A stretch of 58,859 nucleotides of DNA, counting the filler, from Jimgerdemannia flammicorona (taxonomy: Eukaryota), in NCBI GenBank assembly GCA_003990765.1. It is 3 parts of 3 records of this genome, joined end to end, with 100 filler letters (N's around TTAATTAATTAA, not from the genome) between each part and the next. Parts side by side here need not be neighbours in the genome. Positions count along the whole stretch, not along the records: positions 19,659 to 39,210 come from RBNJ01001913.1; 2 more parts are not named here. One strand, given 5' to 3'. Positions 21,647 to 33,800 of this stretch are shown piece after piece. Position numbers and translations under genes: made by a program. The stretch's first letter is position 1. Each line of letters starts with the position of its first letter. The notes beneath the pieces were generated by a model. That model had not been told where the DNA came from. It saw nothing but the letters and a program-made list of their open reading frames with translations, and did no database searches.

Positions 21647-24600
21647 TCACTCCATCATGTTAAGCTAAATAGAGGAATATAGATGGATGAGTAATAAGTT
21701 TTGGCAACAAGATGCAACCTTTCACGAAATAGCACGTGATAACGAAAATAAAAGAATGTATGCTCACCAAATCGTCCGTATCCACCGCATCATCATCCAC
21801 CGGCCTTTCAGGTTGCACCGGCACTATCTCGGCATTGCGCAAGAACTACACGACGTTTTCACGCGTAGAGCAACGTATATTGATCATTAAAGCCCGAATC
21901 TCAAACGAACCTGTCCCCCCAAAAAAATAGATAAATAAATCAAGGCGCACCTTGTCCGCCTCTCCCTGGGTCACCTTGCTACTCGGTGACTCCTCCGAGC
22001 TGATAATCGTAACGTTCTCCGCGACGACCATGTCCCAGAAATCGGCGCGGCGCGACGTGCCCAAGCATGTGGCGCGGAGGTCGGGCAGGAAGGCATTGAA
22101 GATGTCGGACTCGTTTTCCTAACGTTGGTGAGCAAGCAAGGGATGCATATGGACATGGAGGGGCGTGAGCGAAGATCCACACACAAACAACAACCTGATT
22201 AGGCCCCGCGTTCGTAAAAGAAAGCGTGGCACAAACTTGAAACCACCATAGGAACCGGGCATAAAGACTGCGGACTCACCGACACACACACCTCCCTTAG
22301 CGCCTTGAGGCAGTCGACGGCTTTGGCGTAGAACTGGTCGTTGAAGGAGGTGGTCACCAATTGCTTGATCACGTCGCACATCTGCTCGACGGCTGGGGAG
22401 AGGTGAGACGAGAGAGATGGGAAAACGATACCAGGAAAAAATGTGTGAGTTCACCGAATGACATTGTGATCGTGTTAAACGCAACCTTCGTCGACTAACA
22501 CCACCCCATTCAACCATCAAAAGGAAAAAGGAATCCTACCCAGGGAGACCAAATCTTCCTGCCGATTCGCGACCATGCTCCTGAAATCCGCTACCGGATT
22601 CACGGTACCCACACGACGCACAGCATTCTCCGTCAACGCGCGCATATTCATTCCCGAGGGATACGTGGCATCCTCGCCTTCGATTTTGACGCGCATGGCG
22701 GGGTCTTCGCTCGGTCCGCGGTTAAGAATGTCGTTGACGGTTCCGACGCTCGAGGCACCCGTCAAGGCTGCAGTCGTGGCGGCGCCATATCCGCGTTTGG
22801 TGTCCTTGGTCTTGGCTTGAACTTTCCGAAGTTTGTATTCTGTATTAGACCTTGATGTGGTTGACGCGCTGCTGAAATCCATCAACCCGTAAAAATCATA
22901 TGCACTCACCCTTCTTGACATCAAACAACGTTTTCATCTCTTGCACGAGTCCCCTCGTACTCTCGGTCAGTTCTGGGACGGGCCTCAACTGTGCCAGGAG
23001 TTGATCATGGCTGGGCGGGATGGGTGCGGATGGGTCGAGCGCGCGGATTTTGATGGCTTCGTTGAGACGCTGGTAGGCTGGGTTGAAGGTATTCTCCGGG
23101 GGGAGGTACTCGCAGACGTCGCTGGGATGAATTAGTGACAGAAGGATAAGTTTTACTTTTAAGATAAATAGGAAGAAAACAAAGCTGCTCTACATACCCT
23201 TCATTGTCCCTCCCTACACTCATGAGGTCCATGGCGCGAATGAATTCCTCGGTCTTGTTGAGCATCTCCTCCGACGGGATGTTCTTGTGTTCTGTCAGCA
23301 CCTTCCCCGACGCCGTGACGATCTTCTCCAGCGACGCGAATGTATACCTCCGCACGTCCTCTGCAAACGGAACCTATCCGGCACAATCCAAAGTACGGTC
23401 AGCTCACAAACGATCGAAGCCACGTCCTTCCCCCCCACCGCCTCCTTCCCGCTACCGGCGCCACTCCTCCTGCACCTACCTGAACAAAGTACAACATGTC
23501 CACCCCAGGCACGAACGCTGGAAATAATAGGCCGAGCTTGGGTCCTGCGTCGGTGCGCGATACATATCGGGTAAGGGCGAGATTATTCTTCTCCAGCAAG
23601 CCACGGGCGAAGGCCGAAAGGGCGACGCCGGCACCCTCGTCGTACGGCGGTGGCACAAGGATGTAGACGTTGGACATGGAGTAGTCGCGGGGGAACTGTT
23701 GCAGAGGTGGGAGTTATGAGGTGGGGGTCTGGCGGGACGCATGTAGTTGTGTAAAAACACTGCGGAATTAAACAAGACAGTAGGCAAACCCACCGCATCG
23801 GCATTCAAGAATCCCAAAATGGAAAGCTCCTTATTCGTCTTCAACTTAAGCACCTCCTCATCAACCTTCCTGATCGGCACAATGGTCTTCCCGTACATAT
23901 ACGCCTTCTCGAGATCCTCCTTCTCCACCTCTTCCTCCTCGACACCCTCGCCGGCCTCGCCCATACCCTTAATTTTGAACGTCCTGCTCATCGTGACCTC
24001 GCATGTCTTCCTTTCGTTCTCTGGAGAGGTTTCCGCGAGTACTGAGTACTTCTTCGCGGTGAGCGACTTGAGCTCGTAGGTGCGCGCGAACATGTGCACG
24101 GGGATCGCGAGGGCCGTGTCCGGGTGCGCCTCTGGGTCGCCTAGTGTCAGATCGCCTTGGTAGACTGTCGTGGGTTTCACGGACTTCGTGCGAAATGAGA
24201 AGAGCTCCGAGAAGGCTTCCGGCACCGTGATGAACGTGCCGTTGACGTTGGTAATAAGAGAGCGGAAGAATTCTTCGTTCTCACGCTATGGGGGGGGGAA
24301 GGGATGGAGGGAGGGGGAGAAATATGCTGATTGAGAGTGGCGTGTGTCTGCGTTTCCGGATTGTGTTGCCAGTGTTTCCAGGACATAATACCATATCGTA
24401 TGAAGAGCTCTTTCGTATCAACATACCTTGACATCAGGCTTATCTTCCTGCTTGAACCCAGTATCCGGATCATCGAAGTCAATTCCACTATCCATACAAC
24501 CAAACCAATGCCAATGGTGGTACCAGAAAATAAACATAAAACTGTCGGTAAAAAGAGCCTTTGCTAAAATAAAAAATAAAATAAACATGCTCCGCCCCCT

Positions 24601-25423
24601 CTCTCTCGCCCGGGTGCCCAAATAACAATCCCACTCACACAATCGCCAACTCAATGTTATTGTTGATTAATTGGTTCTGAATAGCTTCAGCGTCATCAAT
24701 GTTGACGGGGGTCTCCGCGTCTGTGAAGAGAACAAGCTTCTTCTGATACTTGAGCTGACGGCAGTGGACGACCATCATGTCGATGGCGACAATGAGGGCG
24801 TCGATGACTGGAAGGGGAACAAAGAAGATATTTTTTAAGTATGCTCCGCGCGCAAAGGCAAGGCATTGGGAGATAATGTAATGGATTCTCACGGTCGCCC
24901 GGATCGTCACCCACGACAACGCTACTGTTGAGCTCGCGGAGGAGGGCCAGATTTGGCTGCGAGATGGCGCGCAGCTCAGTGATGTGCTCGTACTGGCCTG
25001 GTTCGGTGGCGAGATGATTCTCCGTCTCTATTGTGGCGCGAATGTAATACGTCAGTGGCTTCAATGCTATTCCATATTCATAGTAGTATGCTTAGTATAT
25101 TGGAAAGAATACCGTTCGTGCCGGAGAGCACCACGCCGACCATGTCCGTTTTGCGGCCTATAATGACCTATGAAACGCGAGCGAATCGAGGAATTAGCTT
25201 CGTTTGAAGCCTCGAAGTGACATTCGCACTATTCGGCCACTTGAGATTCACAGTGCTAAAAACGCGATCCACGCGTCACTGGGCTGACACACACCTTGTC
25301 CTGGATCATAGCGGTAAGGAGCTTGATGGAGTTGTCAAGATTCGTTACGTTTTCATTCTGCCTCTTTGCGCCCATGGTTGGGGCCAGGTCGAGGAGGTAA
25401 ACGGTTGCGGCCTTGCCTGCCAT
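21647..25423 (-). CDS. KU80: Ku80 (XRCC5/YKU80) DNA end-binding subunit, multi-exon
   Basis: vWA start MAGKAATVYLLD; DALIVAIDMM; core KAYMYGKTIVP, ALTRYV..PKLGLLFP, FAEDVRRYTF; C-terminal VGTVNPVADF, KAVDCLKALRE, ending DDLLNMME*. Confidence 0.93.
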
Positions 25424-25513
25424 TGGAGTGAGATTGTGTGTCGTGGAAAAGGAAATAGGGAGGGGACATTGGATTGACGCCCGTCTTATATGGGACAACT
25501 CGCTCGCTCGCCT

Positions 25514-25553
25514 ACGCCACATGGTGATGTCACGCCACATTGAGTGATGTCAC
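25514..25553. promoter_or_regulatory. tandem ~20-bp motif (CGCCACAT..GTGATGTCAC x2) in the 185-bp KU80/TTI2 divergent promoter
   Basis: Two adjacent copies of the near-palindrome GTGATGTCAC between the head-to-head ATGs. Confidence 0.4.
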
Positions 25554-25608
25554 CCTTCCCTCACCATTAAAAAAAAAAGGAACTTCCGATTGTGACGCGT
25601 ATCTTACA

Positions 25609-27340
25609 ATGTCGCCCTCACCAACCCAATTTATCACACTCTTCTACGAAACCTGCTGCCCACACGACGACTGTCCGCCTGAACCAAATCTCCCCATAAA
25701 GGCCACCCATCTCATCCGCCGCCACGCCAGCATCGTCCTCGAGTCGCACGTCAGACCCGCCTTCGCCGCCCAGGGCACACACCCGGCCTTGGATAAGCGG
25801 CGGCGCCGAAAGGGGGACGTGGAGCCCTTTTACGAGACGCAGCCGTGGAAGGAAAGGAGGCAGGGGGATGAGTGGGATGCCGTGGAGGTTTTGAATTGGT
25901 GTGTTCTCGGTACGGAGGTGAATAGATTGAGGCTACGCAATTCCTGATCAACATTTTGAAGATACCAGAAGCCAATCGCATCACATCACATCACATTTCA
26001 AGAAACCGGATTTAGAACCTCTCCTTCCGCTCCTCGTTCCACCTATCCTAACTCTCATCGATGACTGGGAGGTGAAATACAAAACCACAGGCGTGGTCCT
26101 CCTGCGACACACCCTCCGCAACATCAACCCCACCCACCTCTCCAAGATGGGTCTCGGCGACGTCTTCTTCGACGTAGGTCCTCACTCCACCCACCTTCTC
26201 CATTTTACCCCCCACACCCATTCCTAACCCTCTCATACCTTCATAGGCTGTCACCACCTGCCTCACCTACGTCAACGACCCGGACTCGCACATCCCACTT
26301 CTCTGCGAGGGCTTCCCCTGCGCGCTGGAGCTCGCGCGTGCACTGCATCCGCGCGGGTCTGAGAAGTACATTGTGGCGCACGAGCGCGTGCTGGTGAATG
26401 GAGTGCTAAGCGGGCTGACGTATGCGGGCGAGTCATTGGCAGTGCGACGCGTGCTTCTCGAGCAGGTGGAGGAAATCTACGAGGGGCTGGGGGCTGTGGG
26501 GGTGAGGTATCTCAAGGTTGGTACCGACCCCGTCACGAGGTCGTAACTTGATGTCATTTTGTAACGCTGGATCCCGCAAGCGAGCACCCATTTATCAGCT
26601 GCATCCTCATGCGACCCATCCCTTCACAAAAGTACATTGTCCCAGCCCTCTGCGAAACCCTCGAGACTCCCTTCCCCGTTAATCCCACCACCACCCGCCC
26701 CGGCTCGCTCTCCCTGCAGACCGTCGCCGCGCAAGTCCTTGCGCGCGTCATCACCGAGTGCTGGCCTAGGTGGGCCACTGAACTCGACTTTCCTCCGTCT
26801 CTTTGTAGCGCACGCTCTCTAACGCAGCATTCCATGCGCACAGGATTCCGATGTACCGTGGCGCAATTTTGTGCGCTCTCGCCGTAGCGTGGCGGAGGTT
26901 AGTCGGGTGGACGAGGGCGAGGGTAAAGGAAGGTGAGGTGCTGGGTAGGTTTGGCATTGGAATTGCGGTTGATTGTGTGTCGATTGGGTTTCATGGCTTG
27001 GTTGGCTCACGTTGATGAGATTTTCCACCCGTAGACACCGAGATAGAGGCGCTGCGCGGGTTATTGAAGAAAGACTGCGGACTATTGAGAGAGGCGTGCG
27101 GGGATGTGACTGAGGTAGGTGGGGAGGAATATATTTCTCTTCTTTCCTTTCAATCCCGTGCTCTCGTTTTCTTTCAGTTGGTCCTTTTTCATCGCGAATA
27201 TCCCTTTTCCTATTCCACATCACACATCCCTACCACATCTTCATTTTCTGAAGCCCGACTTCGCCGCTCTAAGAACCCTCGACCACGAGGTTTTTGACGG
27301 TCTGTTACTCTCCACGCCGACACAGGCGCACGGAAGATGA
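25609..27340 (+). CDS. TTI2: TEL2-interacting protein 2 (TTT complex subunit), multi-exon
   Basis: HVRPAF..PWK; LLPLLVPPILTLIDDWEVKYKTTGVVLL; GLGDVFFD..TCLTY; LGAVGVRYLK; VITECWPRIPMYRGAIL. These match recalled Tti2-family motifs; GT-AG introns. Confidence 0.75.
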
Positions 27341-27859
27341 GCCGAGGTGGTCGGGTTGAGCTGCCAATTGCCAATTCGACATGGTGGGAGAACCTGTTCT
27401 AGGGTGGCATTGACGTGTGATCTGGATAAGGTTGAGGCGAATACGATGTACGGACGGAACTCTTCCTACCCCCACCGTATAAAATAAAAATAAATAAAGG
27501 TTCTTTTATTATCATTCTGCGAGCTTGTCATTTGTCAACAAAAAATCGTGTTCATATTCATGACCGAATATATTGACCCTAAACTCGCACTTCACGCTGA
27601 AACTCATGGAATAACGAAAACTAAGATGATAAAAGCTATTATGGATGTAAGTTGTGGTGTAGACGTTGGTCTCAATGCCTCAGATGTTGATGCTCTCGTC
27701 AAAAAGAGAAAAGCTTGGTTTTGCGTATATATATTATTCCCCATCAATAAAGTGACTGCTACTAGCACGGGTCGCATTCCAAAGTCGGACTAACGAAACT
27801 TTCGACACATCGCCACATTCCACATTCCACATTCCGCGTTGACCCAGAACACCGTCAGA

Positions 27860-30800
27860 ATGATACTCCAGCAAACTTGTCCCGGAAAGACGAATGGAAG
27901 CGAGCAGAGCTTTCAGGCCTTCTTGTGGAACAACACGAGATACATCGTAAGTAATTACCCAAGTGAACTGAAGTCGGACTCAGCCAATCACCGATTCACC
28001 CATGCTTTGTGTCCAACTTCTCGCATAGATATACGGCACGAATGAGAGGATCGAAATATACACGGGTAACTTTGAGCATGTGCAGACCGTACCTGTGTTG
28101 CAGGATGCAGAGAAAGGTAAAGTTTCGGCTGTGGCAGTGTGTGACGCTCACAGTATGGTGAGTACTAGAGGTATTCGTAGTTTCATTTTTGCCAATCGCA
28201 GGCTGTTCCGGATCGATTCGGAGATTGCGGTTTTTTACGGATAGGTTTGTTGGAGTAGCTGAAGAGTTTCCATAGAGGGATCAGTTCTCAGGGGAAAATG
28301 GTCGACCTCTACGAGGCATACAAGGGTGATGGGATGTCTACCAGAAAATATGGAATGGTTTTATAAGGGAGATTAAGTTCTGTAATGTCAACGCAGCCTT
28401 GCATATCGGGGTTGTGTTTGTTCCTATGGTGATGCGGGTAACTGACGCATGACCAAATACAACTTCGATATTAAACCAGATTGCCGTAGCATTGCACTTG
28501 AAGGTTTTGATATTTAAGCCTGGTCAATCCGATGCGGATGGGGTATGTCATATTTTGTGGTCATGTATGGGGGGATGAGATCTAGGTAGGGTGACATGCC
28601 ATTCACGATTGCATGTTCAATGTTGGTTCAGACCACTCAATGGGGCAGCTACGAAACGTTGGTTCATGATCTGCCCATTTCATGTCTTGATTGGGCTGCA
28701 AGCGGTGAGCTACATTTAAACAATTTGCAATGCCAAGAATTCCTTTTGAGATGGATTCGGCTGACAACGTCGATCCTTGCGATATGGAATGTGATAGGAG
28801 ATCTGCTGACTGGCGGCGATGAGATAAATCTGTGGCGAACAAAGAGGGATGGGGACGAGTCGGAGTGGCGACGGGTGTGGAAACAAAGGTAGCCGCTGCA
28901 ACTTTGATGTTGCATATCAAACTTTCTCCATGATACTTAACGTCCATATACCTCTTGTAATACTTAGATGTGCATCAAACATTAAGCTTGCAAAATTTAC
29001 GCCGGATGGAACGCTCTTTGCTACAATCGGGCAGGTATGCATTGACCCCAAAGGTGCGGTTGATCTACAATTGTTATCGATTAAATATCTGACGCTTCAC
29101 ATCCCTCTAGTATGATCGCCTGGTAAAAGTATGGTACCATGATCAAGGTATACTTTCCCTATTCCGAGTTGGCTCTCCAACGTCACCTTGCTGTCCACAA
29201 TAATTTGACCAATTAATACACTATTATAGATGCACCAGGGCTTGAAACTCAATTCCGGTTTGTATACCTGCCTCACCCAAGATCTGTGACAAATTTTACT
29301 TGGAGAAAGTCGTCAAAACCACAAAAGTAGGTTGTTTTTATCCGCATAGATGCTACGCTTCCTTATTTGGGTCATCATTGTGATGTTGACAAATACGCTT
29401 GATATTTCCCAAGAGATCCCACCGAAAACTTCCTTTTTACCATGGCTCGCGATGGCATCTGTCGCCTCTGGTCGTCGACCGATCCGACTGAATCACACAT
29501 GTTCTATATGTGCGCCGTCGTTGATCCGAATCAGTCCCTCGTCACATCCCAATCGCCCGAAGACCGGTCCATCTCCAACCACCCCGATTTCTTCTCGCCA
29601 ATCCACTGCATCGACAGCAAGGAGCTAACAAGCGCGGTCCAATTGGCGGTGGAGATACAAGGCGAAGGGAGTAAGCAGGACCAGATGGCCGAGTTGCGGC
29701 TGCGAAGGCTGAAGGAAATGATCAGAGATACACCGGATCTGTTGTTGCAGGTGCAGCGGGATGGATCGTTGATTATTTGGGGAATTCAGGTATGGACGTC
29801 ATTCGTGGTGATTATGCTGGAGTGCAAGTCAATAGATTGAATATACTCGCAGTGCTTTGTAACCGGTTATTTGTGATGCATGCAGTTTTTGAACAGCTAT
29901 CCTCGCCGGATCCCTAAGGTTTTGGTTGTGTTGAGAGTAGCACAGGCCTTACTTTCATCGGATGCCGAATACTTTGCTGGCGTTGTCTCTGTCTATCATG
30001 ATCACTTGGGCGTCAAAAGCAAATGTGCGTATTCGTGTTATGAATTACCCCTAAAAAAAAATTGAATTGCGGTCTTAATCCTTACCACAACTCGATTCTA
30101 AATTCACTCTCTATATTAGCAACTATCTTCCCTGTCGAACTATACTTCCTCGCTCAGAGCCCTCATGGTCGCCTCAATTGCTATACGATTAACTTAATCG
30201 ATTTTTTCGACAGCACACGGTTCTCATCGCGACTCTACCTCAAGCACTCCTGGACAGGACATCATGGCCAAATCCATCAGGTTATCCAGTCAAACTCAGA
30301 ATCGTATTTCGCGACGCTAGCTGGTGATGGCGAGGTTAACTTGTGGCAATATGAAGATCCCAAAGTATGCTTTGATACCTTTGCTTGAAGACTAGATTTA
30401 TATGGAAGCTCAATATCAACATTATTGACAATTCTGCGGCTTCATTTTAGTTTGGATTACGCAGGGGTTATGGGCTGCAAGAGCAGGCATTAGTGAGCCC
30501 AAAAATCCCGATTAAACTGGTGACTCTAATACCCGGAGGTATACTGTCTTTCGTAGATTTGGGAGTGTGCATCGAAGAAGACGCCCGATTAATGGGTCGT
30601 GTGTACACTTTAATTAGGGAGGTATTTTGCAACTTATGATGGATGTCGGATTATCATCTACGGCTACAACCCCGAAGATGCCCATTGTCACCGCATATGC
30701 ATTTGCGAGGACTTCGACCCGGAAAACCTATTGTTATTCTTGCACGCGTTCACCAATGCCAATCAATCTGGCGAGAAATCGACATACCTGTTTGGGCTCA

Positions 30801-33800
30801 GCGCTAGGTCCAAGATGACATTCCTGTGGATCCTGGACATCGATACCGACGGAACATTTTCTAGTTCGACTTTGATTGCACGTCAAACCCTCCCGATGGA
30901 CTCAGAGCCTTTGTTCGCAGTCGCGCTGAACAGTTGGACAGGGATGGTCCTGACGGCCACTCCGCCGGCGAGACAAAACATATTTGTGACCTATTCGTCA
31001 GACGATGGATTGATTCGGTATTGGGGATTGGTGGAGGAAGGTGGCAATGTTTCATGGACGGCAGGTCCTATCGTTGAGTCGGAAGATCGGGACGTCAAGA
31101 TTGCGAGGTTTGGCGCCGTTGGCGTTTTGGCAACTGGTTAGAAGCGGTTTTGTATGATTTATTTTGTCATCATTCTCAGTGATTTGACGGACGATGAACG
31201 TCAATGCTGATTGCCTCCATTGATTCTATTTTCTCGTGCAGTCTCAAGACATGATAATCGAGATGAGTTGTCTATCTGGACAAGAATTGAGGACGACAAG
31301 GCCCCCAAAAAAGGAGTATCGTATACTTTCAGGTTCGTTATTAGATTCTATTCCAACATGTCCATTGTGTCCCGATCAGAGTTTTGATTATCTATTTATT
31401 ACATTTTTGAAAAAGCGAGAATATTTCCGACGTCGCATGGAACTTCTCACCAGAAGCACAGCACCTGCTGGCTGTAGCATTACCTGCTAAGGTTCAGATA
31501 TTTGGTCGACGGCGAGTGGACACCGACACAACTGTTGCGAATTGGATATTGCTTGCCGAATTCGCCGTGCAAACGTACGTATCTGTGGTGTGTCCACAAT
31601 CGAATATCTATTTGAATCTGAACTAATAATCTGCTCTTCTTCGGTCGTAGCGCGCCTTCTCATGGCGTGGATAAAATTGCGTGGACTGATAATGGGGTTT
31701 TGATCGCAGCGACAGGAAGCCAATTGCTGTGCTACACCAAGTGGATTGGATCAACTGACGTTCTACGGGGTAAGATTCGCTTCTTATTTTAGTTTTTTCG
31801 TTTACGTTTAGCCGATATTTGTTGCTTACGTTAAACATTGAATTCGTAAACGAAGCCACGGAACTGCTAGGATCAAACGAGTCAGTACCTACTATCCATG
31901 AATTAGCATTCCGAGTCAATGGTCCCTTGCCTCCATATCACCCCAGCGTCCTGACTCATTATGTGATGTGGGGTACGTATCATCACGCTTATTTGCCTAT
32001 TGTTTCAGTATTTATAACAAGAATAAACAAATCAAAAAGAATCCTGTTTAATTTTACATTTCACATCTGCAATTCTTCCCTCATCATATGGTGTATCGAT
32101 TATCACTCGCCTAGGCAAATTCGAGCTCGTGCAACACATCCTACTGATACTTCACAACTACCTCAAAATTGTATTCGAGCATGACAAAGAGATCGATCGA
32201 ATGCCCCCAATTCCCTTTAGTAAATTTTTCGAGCTGGACAAGGTAAAGGAGATAACCATCGGAAAGTGTACCTTTCGAATAGAGTTCTGTTTATAGTAAT
32301 CCCAATTTGCTTAAAAAACATTGTTTGCAGCCCGAAAGTTCTGGGAAGGAAACTAAGTACAGCGGCCTTTTCGACGACGAAGAGTCAGAGTAAGTGCAAC
32401 GTGTCTGGTCGCTAGGTTATGTTACAATTTTTATATATAATATAAGCATTATACACAATTACCCTGCAGTCATCAAGATGATCAAATCAAGCTTTCGACT
32501 GAGGCTACTGAATTTTTGATCCAAGAGTTGACTCAGAAAACGCTTCCTGGAGTCTCACATGTCGAGCAACTATATCTGATGGCGCAGATAGAATCCCTGG
32601 TTCAAGTAATACTTGATGCAGTTTTTTATCCATTCAAAAGATTAATTCGGACTTCTAGCTAATCCTAAACATTGTTCCTCCCAGATAGATAAGAACAAAG
32701 GCTCTATTGATGAGAACGGCGCTCGCTATGAAGTGTTTGTAAAACGCCACATGTATTTGAACCGGATTCTACCACCAGCACTCCGAAGAGAAACCCTTGA
32801 GTTTCGTGATGTCGTCTGGGCATTGCACAGTGAATCACAGGCAAGTGAATTGATCGAAAAGTTTGTTTCAAAAGTCTGAGTGCGTAACAATCGCCTGTCG
32901 TATTGCTCTGTTTAGGATTCACTACTCGAGTACAGCTTAAACATAGCCGGCGGCAAACTTCTATGGAAGGATGCCAAAGCGATGGGGATATTTTTGTGGC
33001 TGGAGAAGACTGAAAGTGTGGTATGCATCTTTTAGCGTTTAGTACACCAGCTTGATATATTTGTTATTATAAAATTGTTTAAACGCAGAAATTTCGTCGC
33101 AAACATAGTATCAACAAATGGAAGTAATCGCACGTAACACGTACATGTCAAAGGAAGAAAGGGATCCCATCGACTGCACTTTGTTCTACCTGGCGTTGCG
33201 TAAAAAGAAGCTTCTGCTGGGCTTATGGAAAATTGCTACCCACCACAAGGAGCAAAAGGCGATGCTCAACTTTTTGGCGAATGATTTTGAACAGCCGCGA
33301 TGGCAGAAAGCTGCTTTGAAGAATGCTTTTGCGTTATTAGGAAAGCAGAGATATGGTATGTTGCACAATACTCCTACCCTTTCTATTATTACTATTATTA
33401 TAATCATTCGGCGTTTCTGTTGCGAGTCTTCTTGAAGGCTCTGATGTAAAATACGATACCATGATGATAATTCATGGTATTTCGAATCTTGGTTTCAGAA
33501 TACGCGGCTGCGTTTTTCTTACTTGGTGATCGCCTTCGCGACGCTGTCAACGTATGTCTTAAGCACATCGACGATTTCCAATTAGCCATTGCAATGTGTC
33601 GCGTGTACGAAGGTATTTGGGTTTCGAGATATTGTTATGATACAAATGGGATGTTCAATCACGTTGACCATTCTACTTGCATCATCTACCTCAGGTGACA
33701 ATGGACCTGTTCGGAAGGAGATCATTAACTCTCATGTATTGCCTTTGGCCGTTGGAACGGGCGACCGCTGGTTGGCGAGTCTGGCATTCTGGACTCTGGA

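Noticed and set aside
27548..27793. 81-aa ORF between TTI2 and RAV1
   Set aside because: No recognisable motif; lies in the RAV1 promoter region and is probably spurious.
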